Shown here piece after piece: positions 23,410-37,413 of a DNA stretch of 64,000 nt (positions within the stretch are counted from its first letter, which is position 1; every line of letters begins with the position of its first letter). A model generated the notes under the pieces. The model saw only the letters and a list, made by a program, of their open reading frames with translations. It was not told the DNA's origin and did no database searches. The stretch covers positions 1 through 64,000 of IMG/VR virus record IMGVR_UViG_3300044630_006293, one strand, 5' to 3'. The position numbers and the translations under genes are program-made.

Positions 23410-26400
23410 ATGGCCGATCAGGTATTAAATACAGAAGTAACCGAGTACATGAAGGGCCTTACACAAGCTAAGGTTCAAGAAATAATAGCTGATATTCAAG
23501 ATCTTTTTGAAAACTATTATCAGCCTGGTTTTCAAGCTTTAAAAACAGCAGTAAATGCTGATGATAACACAGAGTGGAAAAACGCCTTTAAACAAACTCT
23601 TAACAGATCAAATAGCCAATTCTTTGAACTCTCTTCTGAAATAAATACTACCACTAGTCTTGAGGAAGGAGTACCATATCTTCCTCTTAAAACATCAGCA
23701 AGGGCATCAACTCAAACAAGAGATAAAATTAAAAATATATATAAAACATATTTTAAACCAATAAAAGACGCTGGAAAAGGCAACGAAAGAACTAATCCAA
23801 GAAATAGTAAAAAAATTACTGGACCAGAATATCCAGTAATGAGCGCTGGAATTCTATCTTTTGGCAAAGAGGTGTACCCACAATCTATGGCACCTCCGCC
23901 CAATAGAAGAAATTATTACCAAAATCTTTCAACTTTAGACGCCTACTCAGCTAAAGCTCAAACTGATTATTTATTCAGATACCTTTTTGATAAAGAATCA
24001 TTTAACGAGCCAGATGTAGAAACGTACATTGCTAATTATAGAAGTAGATTTTCAGATATTGATGGAATAATTGATCCAGGAAGTGTGCTTACAGAAATTA
24101 ACGATATCGGCATTATTGTTAATAGACTATACTATTCAACTATTGCTGGCTTTGCTGCAGCACTGAGGGCAATAAAAGAAAAGCTAGAAAATTTTTCTGC
24201 AATAGAAAAAAACTTTAAATCTACTCCAGAAAATTCTATAACAGAAGGCGCTAATACAACTTTTCTTGAGGAGCAACTAAATACAGTCTTATTAAAGTGG
24301 AGTATTACTTTTGACCTTGATAGTTATATTAGAACTAAACTTCCAGAAAGTGTATTTGCGGTTGATGACCAAGGTAATTATAAAAATTCCTCAAAAATAG
24401 AATCAATTAAAAAAGGTTTTTATAACTTATTTATTCCATCTGGTGCAGCGAGTATCCCAACTAATGAAAAATATGGAAAAAACATATGGGACAAAATACG
24501 TACTAGTGGACTGTTAGATCTTGCAGTCAGTGCTGGCTCAATAGCAGAGTTCGCCCAAAAAAGATTTTCAGTAGGAGAAGGTTTACTTGACCCAGTAACA
24601 GGAAGTGCTAAGAATGCCCTTGATCCAGCAAGGGATACAATGTGGCTCAATGACCTTTCTAGAGTTATGACGACTCTAACCAGAGACCCTATTACTCTTT
24701 CTATAATACAAAACTATTTTCCAAATTTAGTTACATTATTTTTTAATGCTACTGCAGCTGCAGCAGATTATTCCGGTGGAAGTTCAGATGATCCATTAAA
24801 TAACGTAGAAGCATTAGCTAAGTCGCTAATTGATTCTTTTGGTTTAGATAAAGATGGCAATCCAGTTTTTGAAGCTGCATGGGATTTTATTAACACTGGA
24901 CAAAGGATTCAAGAAGCTCTTAAGCAGTTTCCGTTCAGGGAAAATATTACACCTAAAACACCAGATCTATTCCATTTAAGACTTGGAGCGTCAAACTTTT
25001 ATGTTCCTCCAGTTGCTATATCTATTAATTCTCAGTTTAAAACCGGAAGCCTTACTGGTGGGGCTATTAGACAAAAAAGTTCCCCAAAGTTCAATGCTGG
25101 ATATAAAGAAACTTCAATAAATCTTAAATTATTTTTTCCTAATTACGAAGAAATATGGGGCATATCAATAGATGGAATTAGAGATGTAACTATTGATAAA
25201 GATTTTAAAATTGACTTTAAGCAAGCAGGAAATGAAGAACAGATAGATAAATTCCTTTCTTCATTAAGAGGTCTTGTAGCAGCATTTAAGTATGCTCCAA
25301 TACTTCCAATTAAAAATGTATACTTAAATTCTGTTCATGGAATAACTGGAGTAGCCCTTTCTTCAATGAGCATCTCAACTATTCCTAACTATCCATTTGC
25401 TTTGGTGGTAGATCTAGAGCTTCTTAGTTTTAACCATAAACCATTCCTTCCAATGATTAAAGATTTTAATCAAGCTATCCACTGGGGTAAGTTTAGGCAC
25501 TACATGGGCAAAGCCGCTGGAAGTCTACATAGTTATATAAATGAGTCATTCTTTCTTGGTAAGGAAGAAATTGAATCTATAACAAACCTTCCTGGCGATA
25601 GGGCTGACGAACTGATACAGCTTAGAGAAAAAGCTGGAGAAGATTACGGAAATATTGTTGAGCCAGATCTTCTAAGGGACCCCTTTAAGAATGATATATT
25701 TAATACAAATATCATAAAAGAATGGCGCAATGGAAATAATATAAGTTTATATATTCCAGAAAGAACGCAAACAAAAATATTTACTCCAGATACATCTTCA
25801 TTTAGAGGTGAAGAGGAAAAACTTTTAGAAGATACAGGTGCTTCATTTTGGGAAAGCACTCTTAAGTCTATAGGTATTGATATAAATGAGTCAGGATCAT
25901 ATGGAAGAAGTCTTGATTCGGTAGTTCAAACTTCAATAGAGGGATCAATAAGCCCTTCTGCTAGAAGAATAGTTCTAGAGAGCATTGACATAATTCTTGC
26001 TGGAAAAAATAGAAAAGAATTTAATGAGAAAGCTTATGATTTTTACGCAAAATCTTTTGTATTTCAAAATAAAAATTTACTTAATCAAGCTGAGATAAAT
26101 TACATTCTAGCTAAACCTGGTAGCCTTCCATCTGGTGACTACACGTCAAATAGTGTAAATTACTATTACAATGGTAAACCGCTTGAAAAAAAGAATTCAA
26201 GTGGTTTTTCCGATAACTATTCTTTAAAAAAGATCAGAGATTTATTTGAAGAATCATCTACTGGAGTAGCAGCATTCTTAAAAAATCTTTCCCTGCGAGA
26301 TGCTCAAGAAAAAGCATCGACAACTGGTAAGAAAATGGAAGACTTTGAGGAACAATCCAAAGAAGATATTGCTAGAGCATTTAACGTTTTATTCTATAAT

Positions 26401-29400
26401 AGGTATTTTAAGAGTGGTCCTATTCAAAAATTAATGGATGCTAAAAGATTAGCATCTGCTAACTATCAATTTAATGAATGGGAAGTTCCCATGATGAGAG
26501 TAGATCTAGATCCAAAAGCAGTAATAGTCAATGGGGTCTCTTTAACTCTAGGGAACAATCTAGCAAAAATGCAACTTCAAATGCAAGATGAGCCAACATA
26601 TCAGCATATAGGTGGTAAAGATACTTATATGAATATCTCTATGACTGTATTTGGAGAAAAAGAATTAATAAAATTAAGAAAAGTTTTTGAACACATTAAC
26701 GGCCTTGCAAGATTAGAACATTCAACTGGCGTAATAGGATTCATGGGCATTAAGAATATAATTGCTGGTTTAGCTGGCATGAAGTATGTAATGCCGCTAA
26801 CGTATCAAGTTGACACTATTCCTAACTATCCTCACGTTTATGACGTAAGAGTTTCTTTTGTAGACTTTGATATATTTCAACAGCAAAAAGAAAAGCTTTC
26901 GTCTAAGCAACAAGCTGATATGGTTAAAACATTTGGCACAAAGAAAAATCCATTCCTTCGCATAAAACAGTTATGGGGATCATTTAATGCCTATCCAGAT
27001 TTTCCATTAATGGTTAAGAATTCAGATGGAGAAACTGTTGGAACTTTAGATCCTGATTATTATTTTAGATCTTTTGAGATGTTTGATGATGATGTTATTT
27101 ACCATCTTCAAAGTGAAGAAAAAAAATTAGAGAACTTTACTGTTTCTCCAAAAGGATTAGATTCTCAATCAACAAAAAGTAATCAAGCTAGAAATAATAA
27201 AATAATTAATGATATTAAAGATTTAATTATCAACAATGATACTGCAGCTTTAAAAAATTATTTTAATGAACGACAAATTACCCTAATGGAAGCATCTGCC
27301 TATGTAGAAGCAGCTGTGAGAGAATTTCTTAAGGGTCAGAAATCAAATCTTCTTTCTGACTTTATTGAGGAATATCCAGAGGTAGACGGTGAAGCTGTTA
27401 AGCTTTCTGTAGAAAGAACTGTTGGCTCAGAAGGAATAAAGTATCAGACCAAAGTTGGAGATATTAAATACTCAGCAGATAATGCAATTGGAGAAATACA
27501 AAAACTTCTTGGTTCAACGCAAAGCTCTAGTTCTAACGAAGAGTTTCTGAGCATTAACACTGAAGAGTTGGATATTCATCACACTATAACACTAATACCT
27601 GCATCAGAAAGTGTTTCGGACGATAAGCTGCCAGCAATACTTTATCATGCAAACGGTTACCATCTTGGTTATGTCGGAAAATATGACAATAGGTTCTACT
27701 TCACTTCTGATGGAGTTCAATTAACTAAGGGAAATTCTAGCGATTCAAATGATGGCAAAATAGAGTATACGCCAGTATCTATACCTTTTGGTGATACAGA
27801 TAGTCCATCAAAGTCATATGCTGCAAGAGACTCAAATGGAAAAGAAATGGGCGCAGCTCACATAACTTCATTAGGTGGAACTGGTTCCAACTTAGCTAGA
27901 ACTCATGACCCATACACTAAGAGTGATCCAAACACATCAGAGGTAACATCCGCCAGTAGCACTGAAGGATCAGTAGCAAAACACTGGGAAAGAATGTTGA
28001 TTGACACTAAGTATCGTGATATATCTGGTCGAATGATTAGAGCGTTTCCAACATACATGTTATGGCTTATTGATGAGGGCGGTTTTGTATCTGGCGTAAA
28101 AGTATTTGATAATTTTTATGGCCTACAATCAGTAATAGACTTTTCAATTGTTCAATCTGAAGATATTCTTGGAGATACTCTAATGCTCAGAGTATCAAAT
28201 ATGTACTCTAAATTAACCACAGCTGAATCAAGTGCTATTTTTAGAGTAGACGAAGAATATAATGACCAGCCAACTAATGCAGTAGAGGGCATAGAGTCAG
28301 TACTTGATAGGGTTCTTAATAGAGCAAGATTTGCAGCTGCACATATGCAGAATGATTATATAGTAGATATTAATAACATAAGACTTAAACCTGGCGTTAG
28401 AGTCCACTTAAGAGGTGGATACGGGTCAAACCCTAATGCTTTGCAGACACTTTTTAATGGAGTTATTACTCAAGTTGAAAACGGTGAGATCGTAACAATT
28501 ACTGCTCAATCTGACGCAATAGAGCTTAGCCCTATAGTTAATTCTACTAATAAAAAAGGTGATAGCGGAAAAATAGATGGTGGCATAAATACTGGATTTT
28601 GGCTTTCTGAACCAAGAGATTTAATGGTAAGACTTTTGTCAATGGGCACCTCTAGATTTAGAGAGGGTTTTGCTCACGCTACAAGAGGAAGAGTATTTTC
28701 TGAAAATAAATTTGGAATAAGACATTTTGGAACAATATTATATGAGCCACTAAACGATATAGAAAAAGCAAAAAATGAAGCTGTACTCTCCTCGGTCAAC
28801 GACGCTTATATCTCTCTTGGAGAAGGATCTGGCAATATGTGGGGCGCTGGTTCTGCCCTTGGTATTTTGTCTTCTGGAACAAATGAAGGGAGCGGAACTT
28901 TTGGTCTTGGTCCAGAGATAAGACCTGTTGGAGCTTCTTTGATGACAACTTTATGGTCAAACTTTTCTGCTCAAAGAGATTTTGAAATATTTAAAAGAAA
29001 TATTTATCCAGGAAATGGAACTGGAATAGCACAATTTTTAGGAGGAGACTTAGGCGATGGATGGGCTTCAGTAGCAAGTTTAACTCCAGATGAAAAAACA
29101 AATGAAAGAATAAATTATATAGGAAGAGTTAGCGACTATTCTTGGAACAAACTCACTGCTCAGTATAGTCAAAGTTACAGTCCTTCTGGAGCAGATGCCA
29201 AGTCGTTAATTGATACCAATTCATCGGCTAATCAGATTAATAATAGCAATGGTTCTGCAGACGTTGGTAGAGCTATGATAGGTGGAGCAATAGCTGCAGC
29301 TGGAATAGCAATAACAGGTGGTTTGGGTGCTCCAATCATTGGTGGAGCATTAGCATTAACTGGTTTAGGTGGAGTTCTCAGCGGAAGAGCCGGAACTCAC

Positions 29401-32400
29401 ATAATGAATACGTTAGGAATTACATCAGGAATGGACGATGACCTTCCTGGACTTGACGAAGTTTCATTTAGAGCTCAGACATATATGAGAAGCGTTTGGG
29501 ATTTATTTCAAATGTGTGCAAGATTACTTCCAAACTACATTGTAGCAATAAGGCCATTTGAAGATAGATCAACTGTTTTTTATGGCAAACCGCATTGGCT
29601 TTATACTTCCGGAGTTGTTCCATTGACTACTGGGTTTCCAGTAAGATCAAAGGCCAAAGAGCTTGGAATCATTGGTCCAGCTGAGATAGATGTCGATGAT
29701 TTCTTGGCAAAAACAATGGAGGCTTTAAATAGAGAATCAAGTCCATTGGCTGACGCAGCAGCATTTAGTGCTGGAAATTCATCACTTGTTTCTATACAAG
29801 ATTTAATCGGTCAACAACTAAATCCAAATGCTGAAGGAAGTGTATACTTACCTTCTTCTGGAGATTCCAGTGGTAATTTTAGGGGAAAAATAATACCATT
29901 TGGATATAAGTCTACTATGGAATTTAGAGGTTCAAATGGAAACACTGTTGCTAGACTTCCTGAATCAATGGGGTATGCAACAATAGGTTATCACCTTCCG
30001 ATTGGGGGAAGTTCAAGTGAAGTTGAACTAAATGAGGATCAACTTTCTAACCATAAACAGATACCTCAGCTCCCGTATAGATATAGGTTTCCTTTCTTTA
30101 CAGAAAGAAAAGATAATATAAGACTGGAGGACTTTGCCTACTATGCTTTAGCCGATGAGCTTGGTACTTGGGGTAGCTATAAGTCTGACTATCAAACACT
30201 AGCTTTGGACAAGTGGTCATATAATGGCGGTGGCGGAAAAAAAATACAAACAAACTGGGTAACCTTACTTAAAAAAGAATCACAATTAATAGGCGCCAAC
30301 AAAACAACAGATAGTTCTAATCTTGAAAACAGAAACAATTTAAAAATTGGCATTGCTATGGAAATGGGAAATCTTCCAATTTTCTCTGCTGATTCATCAA
30401 TTTCCGGCGACGCTTATATATTCTCAGAAAGATTAAATGGACAAAGCTCTTCTAGGATGATTAGAATGCCACTTCCAGAACAGGGCGTAACTTTTGAAGC
30501 AGGGAAAGCTGCAGTAGACTATGAAATATTTAAAAATTATCAATCTGCTTCTAATGCGGCATCCCTTCAAGAGTGGACTCCTCCAGCTGAGCCTATTGAG
30601 GAGCAGTTTTACATTGCCATGCGATGGCCATATAACCCTTTATCTGGAAACGACAGTGAGCCAACAACAACAACTGTAGAACAATTTAAAACACTCTATA
30701 ACATTACTGACCCTGTTGGTAATGTAAAAGACTATCAAAATAGAAAAGTAATGGTTTATAGTCCAAGTACAGGAAAAGCAGTTGTTTGTAAACCAGCTTA
30801 TTTTATGTGGGGAAAAAACACCGTAAGAGCACCTGGACAAAAAGATGGTAGTCGTGATGAATTCGGAAACTCAACACGTATAGATGTAGATAACGGACGG
30901 AAAAGGAAATGAACTAATGCTTGAGAAAGAGTTTCCTCTTTCTGCAATAGTATCGCCTGATGCCGCTTATTTTCTTGGCATATTGAACTTAACTCCGATA
31001 GAATCAACCTTTTGGGCAAAAGGCACATCTTCAAAAAGCGAAGGTGAATGGGGTGACCCTGAGGATCCAGTTAAAACGGAAGATGCAATTACTGCTTTAG
31101 CTAGGGCAGGAGTAGCTCCATTTCCGGTTCCTAGAAAATGTTATTACGCATTCGTTCCAGACGACGTACCTTTAGGAGTTGTTCCAGACTTTGTTTTACC
31201 TGCCGATGAATTCATAGCAGCTGATGGAGTAACAATTGAAGAGATGGGTAATGGTCAAAAAATAGTAGGATTTGGTTTATTTACCTCAAAAAATAAAGGT
31301 AGAAAAGAAGTAGTAAAAGCAAACGGATCCAATAAATATGACCCGTCAAAAGGTTCAGATAAAGCTTTTTTTGAATTGCAATTTTCAAACAACATAGAAT
31401 TATCTGATGTTCTAGATTCTGTTGGAAAACTAGAAATAGGCGGAAACATATATGGAAAAGCTGGTTCAAGCGGAACAGATGCAAAGACTTATTTTGAGTT
31501 AGTAAAAGAAGGACAGTATTCTGTTCTTGGACAAGACTCATTAAGAGAAATTCTTAAAAAAGAAAAAGAGAAAAATCTTACTATAGCAGATAGAAGATTT
31601 GCTGAAGTATATGATCCAGCAGATCAAATATCTGTTACTGCTAGACAGTATTATGATGAAGACTACGATCAAAATGTAAAGGTTATTGCAGGAAATGGCA
31701 GAACTCTTCAGCAAGCAACAGGGATATGGGATCAATTTAGATTTGGATATCACACATATACAAATGTCAAAGAATCTTTTCAAAGAGCATATGGACTAGA
31801 TCCAGATTCAGAAGAGCAAATACCAAACTCTTTTTTATCTCAAGAAGATACTTCAGCTGCAGATTTTCGTAGATTTGACTCTGCAAATCCAAAAAACAAA
31901 GATGAAATGGAAACAGCAGCTGCATCCTTAAGAAGTGCCCCATTTGCAAAATATGGCTCGAGTGGAGGAACGGCTGAAGATGAGTTCTCAACCATATTTG
32001 GAGATAGCTTCTTTAAGTCACCTTACCAATTCAAAGATGAGAATGCATTAGTCAGGTCAACGGTAGATCCAGGATTTCAATCTAACTTAAGAATTGGGCT
32101 AGAACAAGCTAGAACAAACTTTATTGACGCAGGAAAAGAAAATGATGGACTAATAGATTATTTTAACGATCTAATGCTAGCTAAAGTACAAAAGTTAAGA
32201 AGTGTTATAGTTGAAGGTCTAAAGCAATCAGGAATAAAAGAAGAAGATACCGCTACATACATTCAGTCAATTACTACTCCAAAACAACTGTTCCTTTTTG
32301 TTGTAGGTGCATTTAGAAATGCAATGTGGAAAGATCCATACGCTAGAGCATGGCTTGTTCTTAAGCCTAATATGAAATTTACTTTTGACAAAGATCAGTG

Positions 32401-35335
32401 GGACTTTAGCCCAGTGCTAAAAATTTTTCAAGCATTTATAGATCCAAATGAAGACTATGCAAAAAAACCTGACAAGTTTAAAAAATTACTAGCAGCAAAC
32501 AGGTCAGAAGGAAGTAGCAGTAGTAACTGGTTTGGTAAGGCTGCAGAAGATGTAAATGGATTTTGGGATAAAAATGTTGGCCCACTTTTTACGGCTATAG
32601 GAGATTCATTATCTGGAATCGTTAACTTATTTAGAATGTCAATGATGCAGCTTGGATATGGTCTATCTCAAGTAGGCCAAATGTCAAAACAAGCAAATAT
32701 TTTAAATAAAGTTCTTAATGATTCAATTTACTACTCACTTGGAAGACCTGGCTCCTTGCTAAGAGCAGTAGACAATCCCTTTACAAGAGAATACGGCGAG
32801 CCAGTAATTGAAATTAGACAGCCATTCCAGAGAATACATTATCTAAGTTCATTTTCTCATATTCTTTCAAATGGAATAACAGAAAATATAAATGGAGTTG
32901 CCACTATGGTGACTGCTGTTTCTGATGGAAAATATCCCGTAACAGTTGCTTTAGACAAATCTGCACCACCAGAAAGACAGGTTGAAAAAACAGTTGAGAC
33001 TGGACTTTATTTTGACAATGTAGTTGGGTCTGGATTATTTGGAGCACTGCATCCTATTATGCACCCGTTTGAGTTTGCTAGAGGAATATCTAAAAATGCA
33101 CAAGGCACTCCAGATGAGCTTCTGGCTAAAAGAGTTGCACTATCACACCTAAGAGAATCCTTAAAGGACATCTACACTGGAGAAATTGTAATAATAGGTA
33201 ATGCAGATATTAGACCTCATGACTTAGTCTACCTTGCTGATGTGTATGAAAGAATGTACGGCATGTTTGAGGTTGAACAAGTTGTTCATCACTTTACCTC
33301 AGAACTTGGATATATAACTTCAATTACACCAAATGCTTTAGTTACCGTGAATGATCCATCAAGATGGTTTATGTCATCTTGGATTGGAACATGGCTACAT
33401 ATGCAGTCATTAAGAAACGATACTAGAATGTACATGAGTTCTTTAGGTTCTGGAATAAATAATATGGGCCAGGTTAGCGTTGATGGACTGTCGGATTCAT
33501 TGCAAACTCAAATGATTGGAGGAATGCAATATACACACGGAGCCTCAGCAATCACTAAAGATATAATGGCCCACTTTGCTTCTGAGGGCATAACTGATAT
33601 TAACTCTCAGGTTAAAGGATTGGTCAGCAATCAATCTGCTTTTACTAATGGAAGCGCTAAGATAGGTGGAGTGGGTGCTATGTTTATGGGAGCTACAGCC
33701 TTAGGTGGTGCAGCACTGAAAATAGCTTCACTAGCTGTTCCTGGGGCCGGAGCACTAGTTGTAGGCGCTGCTACTGGAATAGGTGCTGGAATTGGAGGAA
33801 AGGCAGCATGGAAGGGCTGGAGCTGGATTAGAGACAATGTGCTAGATCAACACGGTTGTTATATCCAATACCTAAACAGGAACGGAAGAGCTATGGATGC
33901 CGGCCTTAATCAAAGTGGTCAAGGAATGGTAGTTGGCAGATATCATACAAAGAAGCTTCTTCCTGGAATCTTAGGAGTTTCAAGTAAGGTTAGAACAGAG
34001 CAGGGATATAGTTACATTAGAACAAACGATCTGCTAAAAAATCTTGGATGGAAAGAAAAAGAAATAAACGATTTAGTTAGGTATATAGACTTAGAGAATG
34101 CACTAGTTAACTCTCAAGTACTTAGATACTCAGGAATAGGCCCTGAAAAAGCCGGACTTAATAGATTCTTTAAAGTGATATGCAGGGTTACAGAAGTTAC
34201 AGACGGTGACACTATAGACGTAGTTGATATTTTTGATTCAACTAAAACTCCATTCACAGTGCGTTTTCTTGGAATAGACACTCCTGAATTAAATGTAATT
34301 AAATCTGCTGTTTCAACAAATAATGGAATTAATTTTAAACTTCAATCATATAAAGTGGAAGACATTCCAGGCGAAGTAGTAAACAAAGCTACCTTTACAA
34401 CTGTTGCTCCTCATTCCTTTGAGGTTGATGATACTGTAGTTTTTAATCAAAGTTCAGAAACCTTTCCATCTGTTAGCTCAGCTGCCAAGGTTGAATCGGT
34501 AACATCAAATACTTTTAGTATTTCAACTACCTCACCAGTTATTGGATTAACTTCAACGGATGCAGTTGCACTAAGATTACCAATCTCAGACAGCGTCAAG
34601 GAATGGTCAAAAGTTAACTATCTTTCACCTGGAGGAAAATCATTAGCCTATGTAGAGTCTGCGCTTAAAGATAAGCTAATTATTGTCAGACTATCTCCTG
34701 ATAGAAAAAAAGTAACTGCATCTCTTGCAGAGGAAAATTTTGATGCAGGAAATGTTCATAACAAATCAGACTATTATGAAAAAGATATTTTTGGCAGCAG
34801 ATCTCTGGGTGTTATATTTTATAAGTCTGATAAAGAAGCTGTAGAAAATATAGCTAAAGAAGTCAACTCTATATTTACTACATCTTTAAAACTATCACTA
34901 TCCGATTTATTAGATAAAAAGTTAAAATTAAATTTAGCTGAACCAGTGTTTATTGAAAGATTTAAAGAAATATTTAATACCTGCGAAGAAGTCTACAATA
35001 ACTTAACCGTAGGTGGCAGTGGAAATAAAGATTACTATTCCCTATATGCAAGTTCGCCGTTGCAGTCAATGACTCCAAAGTTTAGAAGATATTATAATGC
35101 TTTTTTTGCAGTTAAAGTTCTTGAATATATATATGGAAAAGTTTCAGAATGGCCAAATATAGAATGGGATGAGTTCTATAGCGATGGAACTCCAGCATCA
35201 TTAAACTATGAACTTATTGTAAATAATTTAGCTAAAGTTTATACAAGAGATCTACTAGTTGAACAAAGGTCGGTAATAGATACAACTGAGATGGCAGCTC
35301 TTCCAAGTCAAATAAAAGTAGATAGGGACATGTAA
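23410..35335 (+). CDS. Giant baseplate hub-like protein, ~3974 aa, with a +1 shift at CGGA 30898 and a C-terminal thermonuclease domain
   Basis: Hub-type motifs LKPGVRVHLRGGYGSN...LFNGVITQV and GEIVIIGNADIRPHDLVYL...FEVEQVVHHF; SNase motifs DGDTI and VRFLGIDTPE. The join reads DVDNG-GKGNELMLEKE. Confidence 0.65.
30898..30901 (+). other. +1 recoding site (GGA CGGA AAA)
   Basis: Shift window 30890-30912; the local sequence is a tandem CGGACGGA. Confidence 0.75.
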
Positions 35336-35336
35336 T

Positions 35337-37413
35337 ATGAGCGATTTTAATTATTCAATCGAAGACTTAACAGATACATCTTCTATAGCTAGAAAAACTT
35401 CTAATAATTTTTACGGAAATCTACCTACAGGAGAACCAGTTGTTACATCGTTTTCTCAATCAGGAGATGCCTCTAGAAGCTTAACTCAAAGAGATCTTCA
35501 AAGTGTGTTAGCCGGAGATGCGTTGTATAGAAATCCAGCTTTTGCTTTGCAGTTATCAAATCAGTCCGCTCAATCTAGTATTAATGGAATATTGGGAAGC
35601 ATAAGCGGGGCAGATGACAAGAACATCGTCATACAGGATCCAAATAGCAGCAACCCCAATGCAAAGTTAGTTCGGAGCTGCAGCTTTTCATCAGATAGTT
35701 GCCAAGAGCTCTTTGGGTTCAAACTCTTTACCTTATGGTTCAAGAAACTTTTTTGCTAACTTAGAAAATAATCTACAAGGTGGATCTGGTTCTCCGGCAA
35801 GTAATGATTCTAGTAATCATGAGGATTCATCCGATTATAATTTTGACCCAACAAATGGTGGACAGTCAGAGATAAGAGTATACACACTAAAAGAAGACTT
35901 ATCCCAGGAAGAAGTATCTGTTTTTGAGGATAAAATTAAAGAACTAAAATCAAAAGGTATCGCTGTCAATGAATCAATTCCTTTTAAAGCAGATGCTTTT
36001 AAGAAATTAGATAAAGGAATAACTATTGGAGCAACAAATTCCGCAGGATCTGCAGGTATAGAAATAGATTCTAGTTTTAATATAGAAAGAGCAAACGGTA
36101 AACATGTGTACCCATGTGCTAATCTTATAGAATTTCTTTTATCAATAAATACAAAAATTAAATTAACTGGTGGATTTGATTTAGGTAGAGATGCAATGAT
36201 AGAAGGTAGTGGCGCAATCGCAGATGGCAAGAGACTTAATGACCATTCTTCTGGAAGAGGGATAGACTGTTTTCATATTGGAAGTATTGATTCAAGCTTA
36301 ATTAATTTAGAGCCAAGGAATTTAGAAAATAATAAAAAAGCTTTTACCATTTTATTAGATGCTATGTTACACTTGGACGAAAGCCTTCTTCCAGATCTCG
36401 TGGTCTTCGATGATAGGCTAGCAGATGAGTTTGGAATAGTGCAGGGTGGAAATGAGTTTACATCATCGAAAGCTGCTGGTGTAAATGGCATTATTCAAAA
36501 AAAATATAAAAATTTAAAAAAAGTAAACTTCAGTGCTAATACCGGTCACCAGAATCATATCCATATAGCTTTTTCACCAGAAAGAGCAGGAACTTATTTA
36601 GATTATACAATAGCTGATCCAGGATCTCCTTGGGACCCCACAACTCCAGTAGGCACACCCGGCTCTTCTGAACAATTAATATTTGAGCCCGAGTTGTATC
36701 AAAGTGCAATTAATCAACCAGACAAGGTAATAAAAAATAAAAATGCTCTGTATACGGCTCTTGTAGAATTTGGTAAATTTAAACCACAACAAGCAGCTCT
36801 TTTTATGGCCATAACAGAGAGAGAGTCGCATTTTCAGTCAGGTGGATTTAATGGCAAGATTACTACTGGTGATTATTCTTTTGGTTTTTGGCAAGTAAAT
36901 TTTTACGGAGAAGGGGTCAGTGAGCGTCTTGATATGTTTGTTAATGTTCCAAGTATAAATAATGGAAAAATAACTTCAAAAAAAGTAAAGCTCTTACATT
37001 TAGTCTTTAAAGATCATGCATCTTTAGGAATTACTACAAAAGAACAAGCAACTGCATTAATGGAAACTATATTTAAAACTGAAGGTATAGGTGGAGGAAG
37101 AAAGTATGCTGATCCAATCCTTTTTTGGCCAGCTGTACAAGTTCAACTTTTAAAATTAATAACTGATTCATCCGGAAATCCTAATTGGAAATTCTCCCCT
37201 TGGGGAGAATATGGTGGTGGTCCAGCTTATGGGTGGATAACAAAATTAAAGTTTAAAACTGCAGTAGACTTTTATGTTAGAAATAATCCTGGAAAAACTG
37301 CAGAAGATTTAAAGTCATTTTGCAGACCATTTGTTGACAATATGAAGAAATACAGTCCTGAAGGAATAGCAGTTTATAACCAATGGTTGGATGGAGTAGT
37401 TTTCGGTGAATAA
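35337..37413 (+). CDS. Tail-associated peptidoglycan hydrolase, ~691 aa (M15-like peptidase plus lysozyme-like domain), with a +1 shift at CGGA 35673
   Basis: NDHSSGRGID...NHIHI (Zn-peptidase H-x6-D plus HxH) and AITERES...GDYSFGFWQVN (lysozyme-like). The join reads NAKLV-GAAAFHQIVAK. Confidence 0.7.
35673..35676 (+). other. +1 recoding site (GTT CGGA GCT)
   Basis: The +1 frame opens right after TAG 35668; CGG is the first full zero-frame codon after that stop. Confidence 0.75.
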
